This document shows positions 13,117 to 24,166 of a DNA stretch of 64,000 nt, piece by piece. Every line of letters begins with the position of its first letter. The first letter of the stretch is position 1. The stretch comes from Pavona decussata (Eukaryota): positions 868,001 to 932,000 of the forward strand of contig CDRNST010000071.1 in the NCBI GenBank assembly GCA_977016875.1, given 5' to 3'. Position numbers and translations under genes: made by a program. The notes under the pieces were generated by a model. It did no database searches. It was not told the DNA's origin and saw only the letters and a program-made list of their open reading frames with translations.

Positions 13117-15570
13117 GGGGTTAAAGGGTTAACAATTAACAGTGAAACATAACAGCTGAAATACATTGTATCTGTGGCCCTCAAATATTAACATAAAAGT
13201 TGACATTTGAAACCATTTTGCTTATTTGTTAAAAATAAAACTATACACTGTACAATGATCAATTAAAAATGAAATAAACAAATATCAACTTACTATCAAT
13301 TATACAGTGCAGGTGGTTGGTTTCCAACTTACTTGTGCTGCCCCATTCTTCATTCTGAATACTTTCTGACAGATTTTCTTTCAAATAATACACTGCTGTT
13401 ATTTTAAAATTTGTTTATTAATTTGTTTCTTTTTTTCAGTTTCTCCTCCTGACAATCGTGAAGACACCGCTCCTGAAACAGTTCTCGCAGTTTTAAAACT
13501 CATTGATGGAACTGAGAGAAATTGGAAGTATGGTTGATACACAATAATAATTTGATTATTTATTATAGCATTTGAAGAAATGATAATTACAGTGTAATGA
13601 ATAAAATGATTACATTGAATGTATTTTACAAAACATAAAGGTGCAGAATGATACAACCTTACATTATTTTAATTACCTACATGTACAGTACACAAAACAG
13701 AGATTTAAATATCCATATACCAAGGATGTTTACTATTTGTATGTATTTAAACATATCTGTTCTGTTCTTGCCACATTTACTTTTGTAATGATTTTGCAGG
13801 CGAGGCAAATCTCCAGCGCTTGAACTAGAAAAGTATTTGGAAGAAGTAAGGTAAGATAATGAAAAGCCGTTATAGAAACATTAACGTGATAGGAGGTCAT
13901 GAAAATGTAGTAAAGAGGCGCTTGGATTAATAACAAAATGGCTGTGTGCATTTTTGTTAAGGACAGAAAACTTCACGTGTGGATGTAGTAACAAGCTGGT
14001 TTCACTCTAACATACATTTATGACAAGAATTTCTGCATGCATCACTTGGAATCCTTTGTTTTATTGTGTGTTACGTGTGTATTCGTTGTAGAAACGTTTT
14101 TATATCTTTTTATTGCTGCCTTTACTAAAAGGAATCCCCATTGTTCTTCATTTTGTAGAAATGGGCTCTTTCCACTGACTGGAATGCAACAGAGAAAAGA
14201 GGCAAGGCCACGACAAAGGTTTGTGTGGACAACATGTCAAATACGGGGCCACGCGATTAACGCTAACCCACAATTAAATTGCCCTAATCAAGGGATAAAT
14301 TTTATCCTTCCAAAATAGCACAATTAGCGCTAACCAAGGTATAGAGCGGTTTTCAATCGAGTAATCACTCTGGCCAAGCACAACAGGTGCAAACAGCGCA
14401 ATGAGCCAATCAGAATTCAAAGCAAATGCATGTAACTGGCGCCAAGCGCGGGAAAACGCGTGCGAACGAGGCACGATTTGTTTTTGTTTTACATCTCATT
14501 GGTTGAGAAAGTGGCGCGAATTTTATCAACCAATCACAGAGCGTAGTAATGCAAAACCTAAGCAAAAACGCAATTACTTTCGACATTTAATTGAAAACCG
14601 CTCTTAGTGAGGTGGATTAACTCAGCGCATAGTTTAATCAGCTTTTCAGTAACCATGGCCCGAAGCTCAAAATGTTGAACAATGGTTGCCATTAACGCTG
14701 CCTTCAGGGGAGTAGGGTACAAAAAAGGTCTTGAACCTCGGAGATTCTTTTTACTGAAAAGCACAGCAATGTGCAGTCATCTCTTAGCCGTTTCGTTTAC
14801 AGTTGTACTGTAGGAAATGAGCTGCTTGTCTTTAATCTCACCGATGGAGGAGCTAACTGGATCTGTGATAGCAGAAGACATGGAGCGATCATCTCTTGTT
14901 TTATCAACAACCTCTTCTTGCCAAACGTGTTGCTGCAAGCAATGTTATCGTGTTGCAGCTGTAGACCCCATACATGCGGCATTCTCAGGTTTAGACTCCC
15001 TGTGGTCTGATGTCTTTTTGGTGGCTTCCTTCAACAAAAGTTGAACGGATAGTGGGCAAATGTTGGATGAACGGAGTGTTCTAACGGTTTCTGTGCCATT
15101 TAACATTATCAAGAACAAAGGAAATGTTGAAGCGATGTTGAATGAAAGTTTAAACCAATTTAAATTTGATTCAACACACTTTCAACAATTCAAGCTTTCG
15201 ACATTTTTTTTACGCTTTCAACAATGTTGAACGACCTGTTGAAACGCCCCCGACATTCGGATTGGGTTCAACAAAGTGTTGAACGCATGTTGAAGCAAAT
15301 GTTGAAACCGTTTAAACAGGCCTTTACCTTGACTTGTCAATACCAACCTGCAACTGAGTAAAATGGCTGGCTACCATAGAGCTCATAGTTTGGGATTGCC
15401 TATCAAAGGCAATAAACCGGGAATACTGTCCCTACTTTTGTCACGGCGCATACGTTCTGCGCATCTCGAGATACTCGGGTTTCCTATGGGTGGTGCCTAC
15501 TAATACTGGGATATTTTTGCGCGGTTTAAAACTATTCGGAGAAAGCAGAACTTAGCAAGTGCTTTTGGGG

Positions 15571-15605
<35 letters not shown>

Positions 15606-18600
15606 CAGAGATAATAAAGCTGCAATTTGGAAAAAAAACGCCATACATTGTTTTGTATTTTACTGTTTTTCAGAATAATTGTTGCTTCATGATCTCTAAA
15701 AAATGCGTGGTTACCCCCAATTTTCGTTTTGGATTTCAATAGCCCTTGCTAAGATCTGCTTTTCCCGCGTAGTCATAAACCGCGCAAAAATATTTCGTTA
15801 TTAGTAGGAACCGTCCTTAATGACAGGCTTATCTCCTTTTGGAGGCTCGTACAACTCTGTGTGTTACTTTGTTCTCTTTGATTTCCAGGCCCACGTCCCC
15901 AGAGGGAGTCGAGTCAGTGCCTAGTGAAAATGATGACCATTATGATGAGGAAACCAGGAGAGTAAGCAGACTCTTAACCAGTGCATGCAGCTCTTGCAGT
16001 GTGATAAAACCGTCACACAAACTGCACAAAAAAAAAATGAATATTATAACACACCCTGGAGTAGACAGTTCCGTTGCAGCAATCATTTCGACAAAAATTG
16101 AATTCAATTCTTCTCTAAACGTTTGCGGTAACTTCTTCCCGCCGATGCGGTTATTTGCTCTCATTTTGAATTTTTAGACAACGGGGTTCTTTAGCCGCGG
16201 CACCTTCAGTGATGGAAAATGTAAGATTTGTCCATCGCGTGGTACGCCTCACAAGACATTTTCTGGGCAAGTGTGAATAGTTGCTTAAAACATGGCCTAC
16301 TGCAACACTGTCTTGATTTAAAATTATGAACATCAATGGAGGAAAACTGTTTTTATTGAAAATGTAGCCACAGTGGAACCTCCCTTAAGCGACCACCCAA
16401 AATGCCAAGATTTAGTGGTCGTTTACGGGAGGTGGTCGCTTACAAGAGTCGAACCAGAGAGGGGGTGGGTGGGGGGGGGGAAAGGAATCTTCCGAGAACA
16501 GGTCTGACACATCTACTTATTCGAAGAGAATTTATTACATGCATTTTCCAAGTTACAATACGAGCAGTGCTAGGTTGTCACTAAAAGTTGCTTGTAAACT
16601 CTGAGTGGCGTAGTACATACAACGAACATGGAGATCAGACCATGTGTCAAGTGGTCGCTTAGAAGAGGTTAAAGACAATGAAAAATTATAATGCCGTCAA
16701 GTGGTCGCGGTCGGTTATAAGAGGTGATTTACGAGAGGTTCCAACTATAGAGCTTTGACTGGGAAAAAAATGGTGTTTTGGATTGGTGGTCGCCTATGGG
16801 AGGTGGTCGCTTACGAGAAGTGGTCGCACACGGAGGCTCGACTGTATCAATCAAAAGTATTGCATTGTAACACTGTGAAACAAAATGTATCGTGAATGAT
16901 AAGCTGTTCCACCCGTCTGTATCCTTCTTTTCTTGTTTTCTTTTATCTCGTTCATTTACGTTTGCTTGTCGCTGTTGATAGGCCACTGTTAACAAATGTC
17001 AAATCAAGCTGAAACCCCAAGATGGTGGCGACGGAAAACTACAAGATCAGGTCAGTACAACGGAAAATAAAGTGTTCATATCCAAACTCTTCTCGTTTCA
17101 CTTAAATTAATTTCATCATTTTGCCAACTCTCCTCGATCGGTGGCAATTTTCCGTGATAAAGACGTAGGGACGCAGCGATGACGCAGTGGTGAGAGCACT
17201 CGCCTCCCACCACTGTGGCCCAGGTTCGATTTCCGGACTCGTGAATTTGTTGCTGGTTCTCGTCCCTGCTCCGAGGGTTTTTCTCCGGGTACTCCAGTTT
17301 TCCTCCTTCCACAAAAACCAACATTTCCAAATTTCAATTCGACCTGGAAACAGTGGAGAGAAGATCCACTCCGTGGATTCCACTGAAATTCCCATTATTT
17401 TGTTTACTTTATTTCAAATCGCCCGTAATGTACGTTGGTGAATAGAAATCGCACTAAAAATCTCCACTAACATTCCATTGATTTCTCTTCTGTAAAATGA
17501 ATCGTTCAATTGTGTTTTATATAGTTGGAAATACTTCTCAAGTTGGACGACAAGATGAACAGACATCTTATGTGCGATCTTCGCCCAGGTAGGATCATAA
17601 CTGAGAAATAAAGAACTTTTTTCTCGTCTCTAGGAAGTTGTAAAAATGCGTTCGTCGTTCCACAAATGTATAAAATTCTTCCATACTTTTGCGGGTTGTT
17701 CTTTTAATTTTGTAGGAACGTTAACACGGATTATATTTCAATTCCTTACTAAACTAATTAATCATCGGAAAATGTTTAGCCATCTACCTTGGATAGATAA
17801 AGTGACTAGTTGGGCTACGACATCTCTAAAGTTTGGCGCGAAAATTGCGAAACTGCGCCTGCGCAAGCCACGTTATGCTTGGCTTATCCCTAATCTCGTT
17901 CCCAGAGGCTGTGGTCCTTTTGGTCAGCATCAAGGAAACATGACTTACAGGAAAGCAGCCTCTGGGAACGAGTCTGGGATAAGTCAAGCATAACGTGGCT
18001 TGCGCAGGCGCAGTGTGACAAAGTTTTCGCGCCAAAATTTGGAAACCTAAGCGGCGGACGACGCGGAAGAATATGACGAGGAGATGTTATCACTTGTTCT
18101 TCTTTCATGAGAAGGAGGAGCGGCAGCCGCTGCCGCCGCCACTGGCCAATCCGACAATTGTAGCCACATCCTTCCAAGCAAGGGTTTTTTTTTCCTACTT
18201 GTCTTTAAAGTCATTGCAGGACTTGTCGTACAAAGCGTTGCCGATAACTTTGAACGGCCTCAGCGAGACGTTCGTTGAATTCTGTCGATCCTGTTCCTGC
18301 TTGTCTCGTACGTGTAAACCAGCCCTAACTCCAACGTATGTGTCGCATTTTGGTCTCATCGAATGGGTCCCGGAAAATCCGGCAAAAAATCACAGTAAAT
18401 CATCCAAATAATTGCACAGAACAAGTAACACGCAGACCCTATACTCCGAGATGCGAATGGCTATGATGGCATAAAAGTCGAATGGAATAAATATAAGATT
18501 TTTAGTACATGTAACTCTTAACGTATTCCAAGGAAAGAAAATGCGACGAGACCCAACGCATTGAAACTGGCAGACATTGTATGTAGCGGCTTGAAAACTG

Positions 18601-19395
18601 CTGTTGCTTGGTTTGTTTGCTTCTCCTTTTCCTTTGTTCTTAAATTTATTGCTCTCTTTAAAAATATTTTGCAGGAGACAAGGGTATCGACATGGCTGAT
18701 GATTTAATCAGATGTGGACTCATAAACAAGGTGGTTTAACTTCCCTTGAAAATTCACTCACAAAGACAAGGTTCATGAAATTCTTAGCGGTCTTTTCTCA
18801 GCGGTACGCTGCATTACCACCACCCCGTTTGTACGGCCACTTTTAGTTTTGTTACTCCCACATAGTGGAAATCTCAAAAAGGATGACTGGCGACATGAAG
18901 TGACAAGTCCTTCACGAGATTCCACCGTATCTGTATTACATCTAGTTCAGTGACTGATTCACTTTATAAATCTTTAATTTTTGCCATTGGCAAAGCTAAT
19001 TCGGCAATGGAGCAGTCAGCGGTCGCACCAGAAATTATTACATGTAGTACTAGTAAAGAGCAAAACAAAATTATAACATTGTTATTACACAAATGGTGAT
19101 TCCAAGGCTTGACACGTTGACACCATGCGAAAATAATTATTGTAACCGTTGATTTTCAGGCTGATCGTAATATGATTGCCTTTGCCATGCAAGAACAGTT
19201 GAATTTGTACCCAGCTATGAAGGCTTGTGAGTATTGCCCACCCACACAACGATATGTCCGTACATTTTTAGTTGAATTGAGGTTTTCAAAAGGTGTCATG
19301 AGCACTAAAAAAGTATTCAGCAAAAAGCATGGAACCATTTATTTATATGAAGAGATTAATCATTGCAATTGTTTTTTGTTTTTTTTTTCACAGAA
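2011..19395 (+). CDS. NRBP1: Nuclear receptor-binding protein (NRBP) pseudokinase, 19 coding exons visible, 5'-incomplete
   Basis: GT-AG exons 2011-2133, 2514-2555, 2651-2803, 3235-3275, 4392-4486, 5636-5716, 5847-5911, 6497-6589, 6740-6823, 7393-7441, 13440-13527, 13800-13850, 14159-14218, 15889-15961, 16982-17050, 17525-17588, 18675-18730, 19160-19226 and 19394-19395 join in frame (1356 nt). Peptides LAMDTEEGVEVVWNEVQFSERK, VIFITEYMTSGSLKQFLKKT, PIIHGNLSCDTIFIQHNGLIKIGSVAPDTIHNHVKT, SPALELEKYLEEVRNG and LLKLDDKMNRHL match recalled NRBP sequence. HGN replaces HRD and GSV replaces DFG, as expected for a pseudokinase. The N-terminal exon was not found. Confidence 0.95.
2219..2371. mobile_element. 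Palindromic MITE-like element
   Basis: aggttaaaatgatttcaacgtaggttgatttgtattttcctta is mirrored by taaggaaaatacaaatcaacctaggttgaaatcattttaacct. Confidence 0.65.
6126..6465. mobile_element. MITE with CAGGGTT termini (hAT-like)
   Basis: Terminal inverted repeats (TIRs) cagggttcccac / gtggcaaccctg; repeated internal tcaggg(g)aa motifs; no clear target-site duplication (TSD). Confidence 0.55.
8332..8375. repeat. (ATT)n microsatellite, left flank of retrotransposon
   Basis: Direct reading. Confidence 0.95.
8804..10057 (+). pseudogene. Gag-like ORF1 (SAP domain plus CCHC/CCCH zinc fingers) with one in-frame TAA at 9671-9673
   Basis: SAP-like LSGEVLRLRLQQLNLPITGTRPRLIERL. The frame continues past the TAA as GLAWLSYDEQFRRR...WDKIDLELW...CSVCSSPYHHSDDC...CFDFNKPSGCQRQSCYFPHNCRRCGSNTHAAFNC to a stop at 10057. 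Confidence 0.85.
9693..11675 (+). CDS. Reverse transcriptase-RNase H (DIRS/Ngaro ORF2)
   Basis: RT motifs PIGVVPKK, WRTIYHLS, KTDLKSAFR, LPFGLRSAPFLF and HILDDFF; RNase H motifs LYTDAAS, ELFPI, CDNESVV and NEIADALSR. The true start is uncertain. Confidence 0.95.
   Translation: MTNSLDGVPHTILASPGTKSILNFGQSPSLVLLSHIVLCALAPTTIATTVPIRTPAESPAAQPWSALTSTSPPAVSASPATSHITAAGVVPTHTPPSTAAVPDSQPAAAPRPPVPATAAKSKVSQRQQNQRPTVSTPLHVDNLVLELVNHPDRSFVNNLANALRYGARIGYLGPQQTRVSRNLLSASQHPEVVSANLNKEMQLGRVAGPFPSPPLPDFQCHPIGVVPKKHSSEWRTIYHLSYPEGDSINDHIPKDPYSLQYVRVDDAVQILRSLGPGAFMAKTDLKSAFRLMPIHPDDWNLLGIYWQSHYYVDLYLPFGLRSAPFLFNQISDALEWILKHNYGLRHVIHILDDFFIAEPTKLACLGSFSTLLKVFMSLRVPTVASKTLGPSQVLEFMGIVLDSNRMEARLPDDKLTRIRKLLDSFANRRSARLVELQSLIGTLQFACKVVVPGRTFLQRMINLTRGASSRFHHIRLNKEFFRDITMWKAFLAKWNGRSFFLDSFVTSTPDLELYTDAASTIGFGGYFNGKWFQGRWPPHMLIDKRKGISIEWQELFPIVLACALWYPHFSGKRLQFWCDNESVVAIINSGHSKAPRVMDLVRFLVLISMKHNFLVRARHVPGVSNEIADALSRFQVSRFRELAPDADQSPCSIPPSFMTL
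11687..12703 (+). CDS. Tyrosine recombinase (ORF3), C-terminus probably frameshifted at ~12586
   Basis: Catalytic motifs AFLRCSE, LKSSKTD, GHSFRIGAA and LGRWSSDCYQIYIR. An alternative frame after YIR reads TPESVLLSAVPQMARVSGNFL* (stop 12651). Confidence 0.93.
   Translation: MMYANWALSVNTNRTYSSGEKRFLQFCLMNRLTTPEGAILPASEGTLVYFASFLARTVRHSTIKIYLAAVRNLHILSGYEDPLRGRLLLQKILRGILRYHGSPRIRRQPVTPRVLLAIRPILDKWLGPRDFSMIWAAFTLAFFAFLRCSEFTYPGVHKFSSKFNLTLDCITFLPCLARPQRILVTLKSSKTDIFREGHSLVIPRCASLLCPVSAMQQYFILARPQPGTLFYFRSGRLLTRSSVTLLLRDSARSAGLPYKSLKGHSFRIGAASAAAAAGLPDWLIKVLGRWSSDCYQIYIRLPNQCFFLRSRKWPVFRATFFRLGLAWGDACCACICGG
13035..13116. repeat. (ATT)n microsatellite, right flank of retrotransposon
   Basis: Direct reading. 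Confidence 0.95.
14342..14604. mobile_element. MITE, AGAGCGGTTTTCAAT family (second copy at 45511-45772)
   Basis: TIRs agagcggttttcaat / attgaaaaccgctct; the interior matches the 45.5-kb copy in inverted orientation. Confidence 0.8.
15490..15820. mobile_element. Long-TIR MITE
   Basis: ggtgcctactaatactgggatatttttgcgcggttt...aaaattgggggtaaccatgcatttttcagagat is mirrored by atctctaaaaaatgcgtggttacccccaatttt...aaaccgcgcaaaaatatttcgttattagtaggaacc. Confidence 0.7.
16371..16844. mobile_element. Tc1/mariner (pogo-like) MITE
   Basis: TIRs cagtggaacctcc / ggaggctcgactg followed by TA; repeated internal gtggtcgct motifs. Confidence 0.75.
17168..17410 (+). mobile_element. tRNA-derived SINE
   Basis: A-box-like tgacgcagtggtg, B-box ggttcgatttcc, central ggtttttctccgggtactcc motif; homologous to 30218-30490. 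Confidence 0.8.
17827..18041. mobile_element. Palindromic MITE with a smaller CTCGTTCCCAGAG MITE at its centre
   Basis: Outer arms ttggcgcgaaaa...ctgcgcctgcgcaagccacgttatgcttggcttatccc / gggataagtcaagcataacgtggcttgcgcaggcgcag...ttttcgcgccaa; inner ctcgttcccagaggc...gcctctgggaacgag. Confidence 0.75.
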
Positions 19396-20637
19396 TTCCT
19401 GGCCGTTTCAGTCAGACCAAACTGCCGTTATAAGAGACACAGCTCTACAGAGCCCTTGTGTCGTTAGTCAATATTGTAAATACAGAAAAGAAGATTATGA
19501 TGAGTTCCTTGGCGCTTTTCCTTTCCATCTTTCGGTGAGCCGATAATTTGGTGCGTAAGGAAGGAGCAAGACTTTGTAATATACAGAAAAGGATTTTATA
19601 GAACTAAAGAAAACTAGAAAATGGATGCTTCCTTAACAACTATTTAACGCCGCGTAACGTAACTTAATTTGCGTTGTCTCTAAAAAAAACTTCTTCGTGC
19701 GGATCAAACTGTTGCGTAGCTTTTTCTTGCCCGGCCAGAAACCATACAAACAAATTTATTATGAGTAACTTAAAGGTAAAAGAACGCCTCTCTATAGTCC
19801 GAACTTGTGAAAACTTTGATCAGATTCTGGTGAGAAATTCCCGGCGACTCCTGTCGAGTCTCGAGCGTTGTCGCATCAAATTTGAACCTGCTCAAATTTT
19901 GCCGTTCAGAGTCGTCGAGAGTCGGGAGCTGAAGAATACTCCCTATAAATATATGAATAACATGTTCCCTCCGTTCTCAGGAAAGGCGTGTTGATTTGAA
20001 TACCCAACTAGTGTAAAATGTAAAACACTTCAATGTGAATATTGTACTATTAACAAAAGTCGTTAAAAATTCAACTCGATTTGTCACCCCCCCCCCCTCC
20101 CCCCTCACCACCCCCCTTGATATCAAAGGTCTCTTAAACGAACACCTCCAAAAATAATGCACGATGTGGAGTCGTCACCGTGGGTGGAGCTGGTACAACT
20201 CAAAATTTTTGTGCGGATGTGTGCCGCCTGCGACTCGTTTCTTTTCGTTTTCTAACCCGACTTTCTTTTGTTACAGACCAGAAGACACAATGTTTCCCCT
20301 TTTTACAATTTCAGGGCAATATTTGTGCTTCAGAGCAACCCCGCTTAATAGTCTTTGTGGCGCAAATTCGCACGTTACCTATTTAAAGTTCCCACCCCAA
20401 CCCGAAGAGTTATTTCCCGCCTTGCGGCGTGGTAGCGCCGGACACCTTTTGGCGGACAGGTAGCGCCGGTCCGGAATGGTTGACTAGGAAGTAACACTCT
20501 TAGTTAATGAATTTCCCTAGGTTTGGTTCGTGACCATTTTTGTGACAGGCTTCCCAACTGTTGCCTGTCTTAAATAGAAGAACACGTCTTCAAAGAGTCC
20601 CTTCTAGTGACGAATTTCGTCTTTTCTTTGATCTTGT

Positions 20638-23067
20638 CTAAGGCGCTGTATTGAAAGGCACCCCTTTCGCGTTTTCGTTGTTCGTTAACTCTTCTGTATC
20701 GCTATTAACGTTTGTTTGATTTCCAAAATCATTCGCCGAGAACCAGCCTAACACACACCCAGCGTACACAATAGGACTCTTGTACCCAGTCGCTGCGGCT
20801 TGACGCGCGGCCTGGATTCTGCGCATGGCTGATAAGTACTGACCGCTGGTTTGAGATCGCTGGCCAGTCTTGCAGTACAGTGCAAAGTCTTCGCAGTTGC
20901 TACCCACTATGTTGAATTGACCAAATCCTTCCTGCAGTGCCTCGCGCGCTCGCTGAAGAACAGTTTTGATGTCATCGCTATGCCTTGTTGTGCATGTCCC
21001 ACGTGGATGTCCGCTGAATTCTTCATCGCTGACGCCGTACTGATAAACGTACCAATCGGAATTGACGGATCCCAGGAAGTTCTGAAAGTCGCTCTCTACG
21101 ATCTCTGAGCTGTCCATATGACCAGTTTCAAGAGGGGTTTGAAAATGCACCACTTTTCCATCGCCCATGTAGATACCTATTCAAATAGATAACAGATTTC
21201 ATTTCGTAATACAGTGCGCATGTCAATGACGTCTCTTCGCAACAGAGTCAAGAAATTCAGAGGACCTGTTTGTGGAAGGGACAGAATTAGGGAGTTTAAG
21301 CAACTACTATGGCGAAGGCAACGAGAACGTCACAAAACAATAGGATTTAATGACAAAAACAAAACTCTGCCCGTGCATTAACAACTTTTGGTACATTTCT
21401 TCCCCGTACTACACCAAGCAACAACGTGAAATGACCAAATTCAAGGTTTTGTGGCGAACGTTAGCACACGACAGTGAATATTTTATTCTCTTTCTTGACT
21501 AGAACACTGTCCCCACCAATTCTGTTCCTGGATAGTTCGGCCACATTGTACAAGTTGAACGAGGTGGAATAATCGCGAGATAGAGTTCGAGAAACTGTGA
21601 ACTTATATTTTCAAGTGACGATTTCACTTGGGCAATAAAACAGGTCGAAGAGTACGGTAATAAATTTACGACACAGTAACATTGACAATTTTCGTTAATC
21701 AATATAGGATTTTGCTCGATCACGGGCTCATCTTCACCGGTGTTGCAGCTGAAGACCTTAATAATTGCTTTTTAATTCTTTTCAGGTGAGTATTAAAATA
21801 CTGCGTCACTATGGGGCAAGGTTCGGGTTGTAACTACAATTTGTTTTTCCGCGACAAAAAATAAGTACCGAAAATTAAAAGTGGTGATTTTTTGGAAAAA
21901 TTTTCCTGAAATGATTGCGGGAACATGATAGAATTTGTTTTGGACCTGAATTTTTCATTTACGCACTTACATCAAGCGGTTTTCCTCAAATAAAACGTCA
22001 GCAAAGCGTAGTTAATTAAGGCGGCCCGTTCCTATTTATCGGCACGTTGGCAACATTTTCAATCGTGCTTTTTGACAGGAAAGACTCAACCGGGATTTCT
22101 TTGAGTTTTGGCACCCTTAACGAGAAACGCTTGTACTTTTGGAATATTTTATTTTATTTTGTTATGGTAGTTAAAGTTTTTAAGAAACCAGCTTTTACTG
22201 AAAACCTTATCAAAGTGTTTTTCGAAAAGTGCCCAAAATCTTGAAATCTGACGGCAGATTTTTGCTTTATTTTATCAATTCTAATAAGCCTCCAAGCTTC
22301 GCATCTGCAAGTTTCTTTGCAGTTATGGCCATACAACGCACTGCATACTTTGAAATTGCTAATGCACAAATATACCGCAAAAGTGCAGCTAGACTGCCTC
22401 TCATCTGACTAGTCAATGTCGCTCAAATATTTATTGAAAGCAATCAGAAACCTAAGGCGAACACCATTTGCACTAGAACATGTGTAATTTAAGTTAAACT
22501 TCCAGAGTGGAATTATAATATCTTATGTTAATCAGAATTATCGCCCATCTGTCTTTTAATTGCCCCAAAATTCTTAGTATTACAGCACAGTTTAAAGTTA
22601 AGGTTGGGGTTAGTGCAAGCTCGGTACCGAGAACTTATGAAGAGTCCTTAAATCATAAAATATACGTACTTTTCCGTTTCTTGTCTAAGCTTTCAATTTT
22701 CCTTGCAACTGCTGACATTCTATATCATCACTCCAGAGGGAAATAAAAATCTGTCGAATTTTTTAAGCCTTTCTGTGTAGTCTTAATGAAACGTTTAATA
22801 TCGAAAGGAAGAGCATTCTCTAACTTGACTTCAGCTCATTGTACTAACAGTTTGTATCATTTCTAAACCTTTTAGATTTATTATTATTCCAAAGTAATCG
22901 CCTATTGTTTACAATAAGAAAAAATTGTATGTTACTAAGAAGTGGGGGGGGGACTTATTAAGGTGACGCAAAATACTCTTACCGTGATGTGCATAGCTCA
23001 CAGAACGAAATACGTAAATATGATCTCCTGCTAATGGAAAAGAGGTAATTTTCTCCGCCTGTTTCAT
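20638..23067 (-). CDS. LRAT/NC-domain (PLAAT/H-rev107-like, NlpC/P60 fold) protein, 2 exons, 207 aa
   Basis: Exon 23067-22983 (MKQAEKITSFPLAGDHIYVFRSVSYAHH) splices in phase 1 to exon 21176-20638 (GIYMGDGKVVHF...FNIVGSNCEDFALYCKTG). HHGIY, VVHF and NCEDF give the His-His-Cys triad. Confidence 0.88.
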
Positions 23068-23523
23068 TGCTGAGAAGCTTCGAATCACTAAACGTTCTGT
23101 TTTCCTTCGATGGAGAGTCGTCTGGCCACCTGCAAACTAAGTTGTTGCGTTCTGGCATCGGTCCAAACGCTTCTCGTTTGGATATGATTATTAATGCATT
23201 GACGGGAGCCAAATCCGTAAAAAGAAAACATTTTCGCTGTTTCTGCGTATCATTTTAAAAGGCCCGTGCAAACGACAAAGTGTCACACAGGAATATTGCA
23301 TTTCATAATGTCTCCCCGTTTGCGCGCTCATATATTCAGAAAATGTCAGTTTTTTCTCAAAAATAATTTTCCTCACACGACAAACCAGCACAACATGTGT
23401 TTGCCAACATATAAACCTGTCGAGATGTACGCTTCGCCGCTCTGGTAGGTTTTTCTAATTAATTATATTTTGTTCAGAAAAAAATGATGGGATTGTACAT
23501 TTTCCTCTAACGTTGAAGCGCAA

Positions 23524-24166
23524 CAGTCGAACCTCTTTATTACGGACACCAAGGGGACAGGAATAAGTGTCCGTATTATAGAGGTGTCCGTTTTAGAGAG
23601 GTAGGCTTTATATGGATTTCGGTCTCTCAGGGACCAAGTGAACTGTCTGTAATAGAGAGGTGTCCGTATTATAGAGGTGTCCGTTTTAGAGAGGTAGGCT
23701 TTATATGGATTTCGGTCTCTCAGGGACCAAGTAAACTGTCCGTAATAGAGAGGTGTCCGTATTATAAAGGTGTCCGTTTTAGAGAGGTAGGCTTTATATG
23801 GATTTCGGTCTCTCAGGGACCAAGTGAACTGTCTGTAATAGAGAGGTGTCCGTATTTTAGAGGTGTCCGTTTTAGAGAGGTAGGCTTTATATGGATTTCG
23901 GTCTCTCAGGGACCAAGTGAACTGTCCGTAATAGAGAGGTGTCCATATTTTAGAGGTGTCCGTTTTAGAGAGGTAGGCTTTATATGGATTTCGGTCTCTC
24001 AGGGACCAAGTGAACTGTCTGTGATAGAGAGGTGTCCGTATTATAGAGGTGTCCGTTTTAGAGAGGTAGGCTTTATATGGATTTCGGTCTCTCAGGGACC
24101 AAGTGAACTGTCCGTAATAGAGAGGTGTCCGTATCGTAGAGGTGTCCTTGAGAAGAGGTTCCACTG
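23524..24166. mobile_element. pogo/Tc1-like MITE containing a tandem array
   Basis: TIRs cagtcgaacctct / agaggttccactg followed by TA. Confidence 0.8.
23581..24138. repeat. Six near-identical 93-bp tandem units
   Basis: Unit starts at 23581, 23674, 23767, 23860, 23953 and 24046. Confidence 0.95.

Larger units (their letters stand above)
8073..13132. mobile_element. piggyBac-like MITE split by nested insertions
   Basis: TTAA-ccctttaagccc at 8073-8088 and ggggttaaaggg-TTAA at 13117-13132 (11/12 TIR match, TTAA TSD). Confidence 0.7.

Noticed and set aside
17076-17441. Overlapping short ORFs and a tRNA-like head
   Set aside because: Explained by a tRNA-derived SINE; no complete cloverleaf.
23463-24164. 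233-aa ORF with 31-aa repeats; also a possible CRISPR array
   Set aside because: The ORF is a by-product of a 93-bp stop-free unit inside a MITE. There are no unique spacers or cas genes, and the context is eukaryotic.
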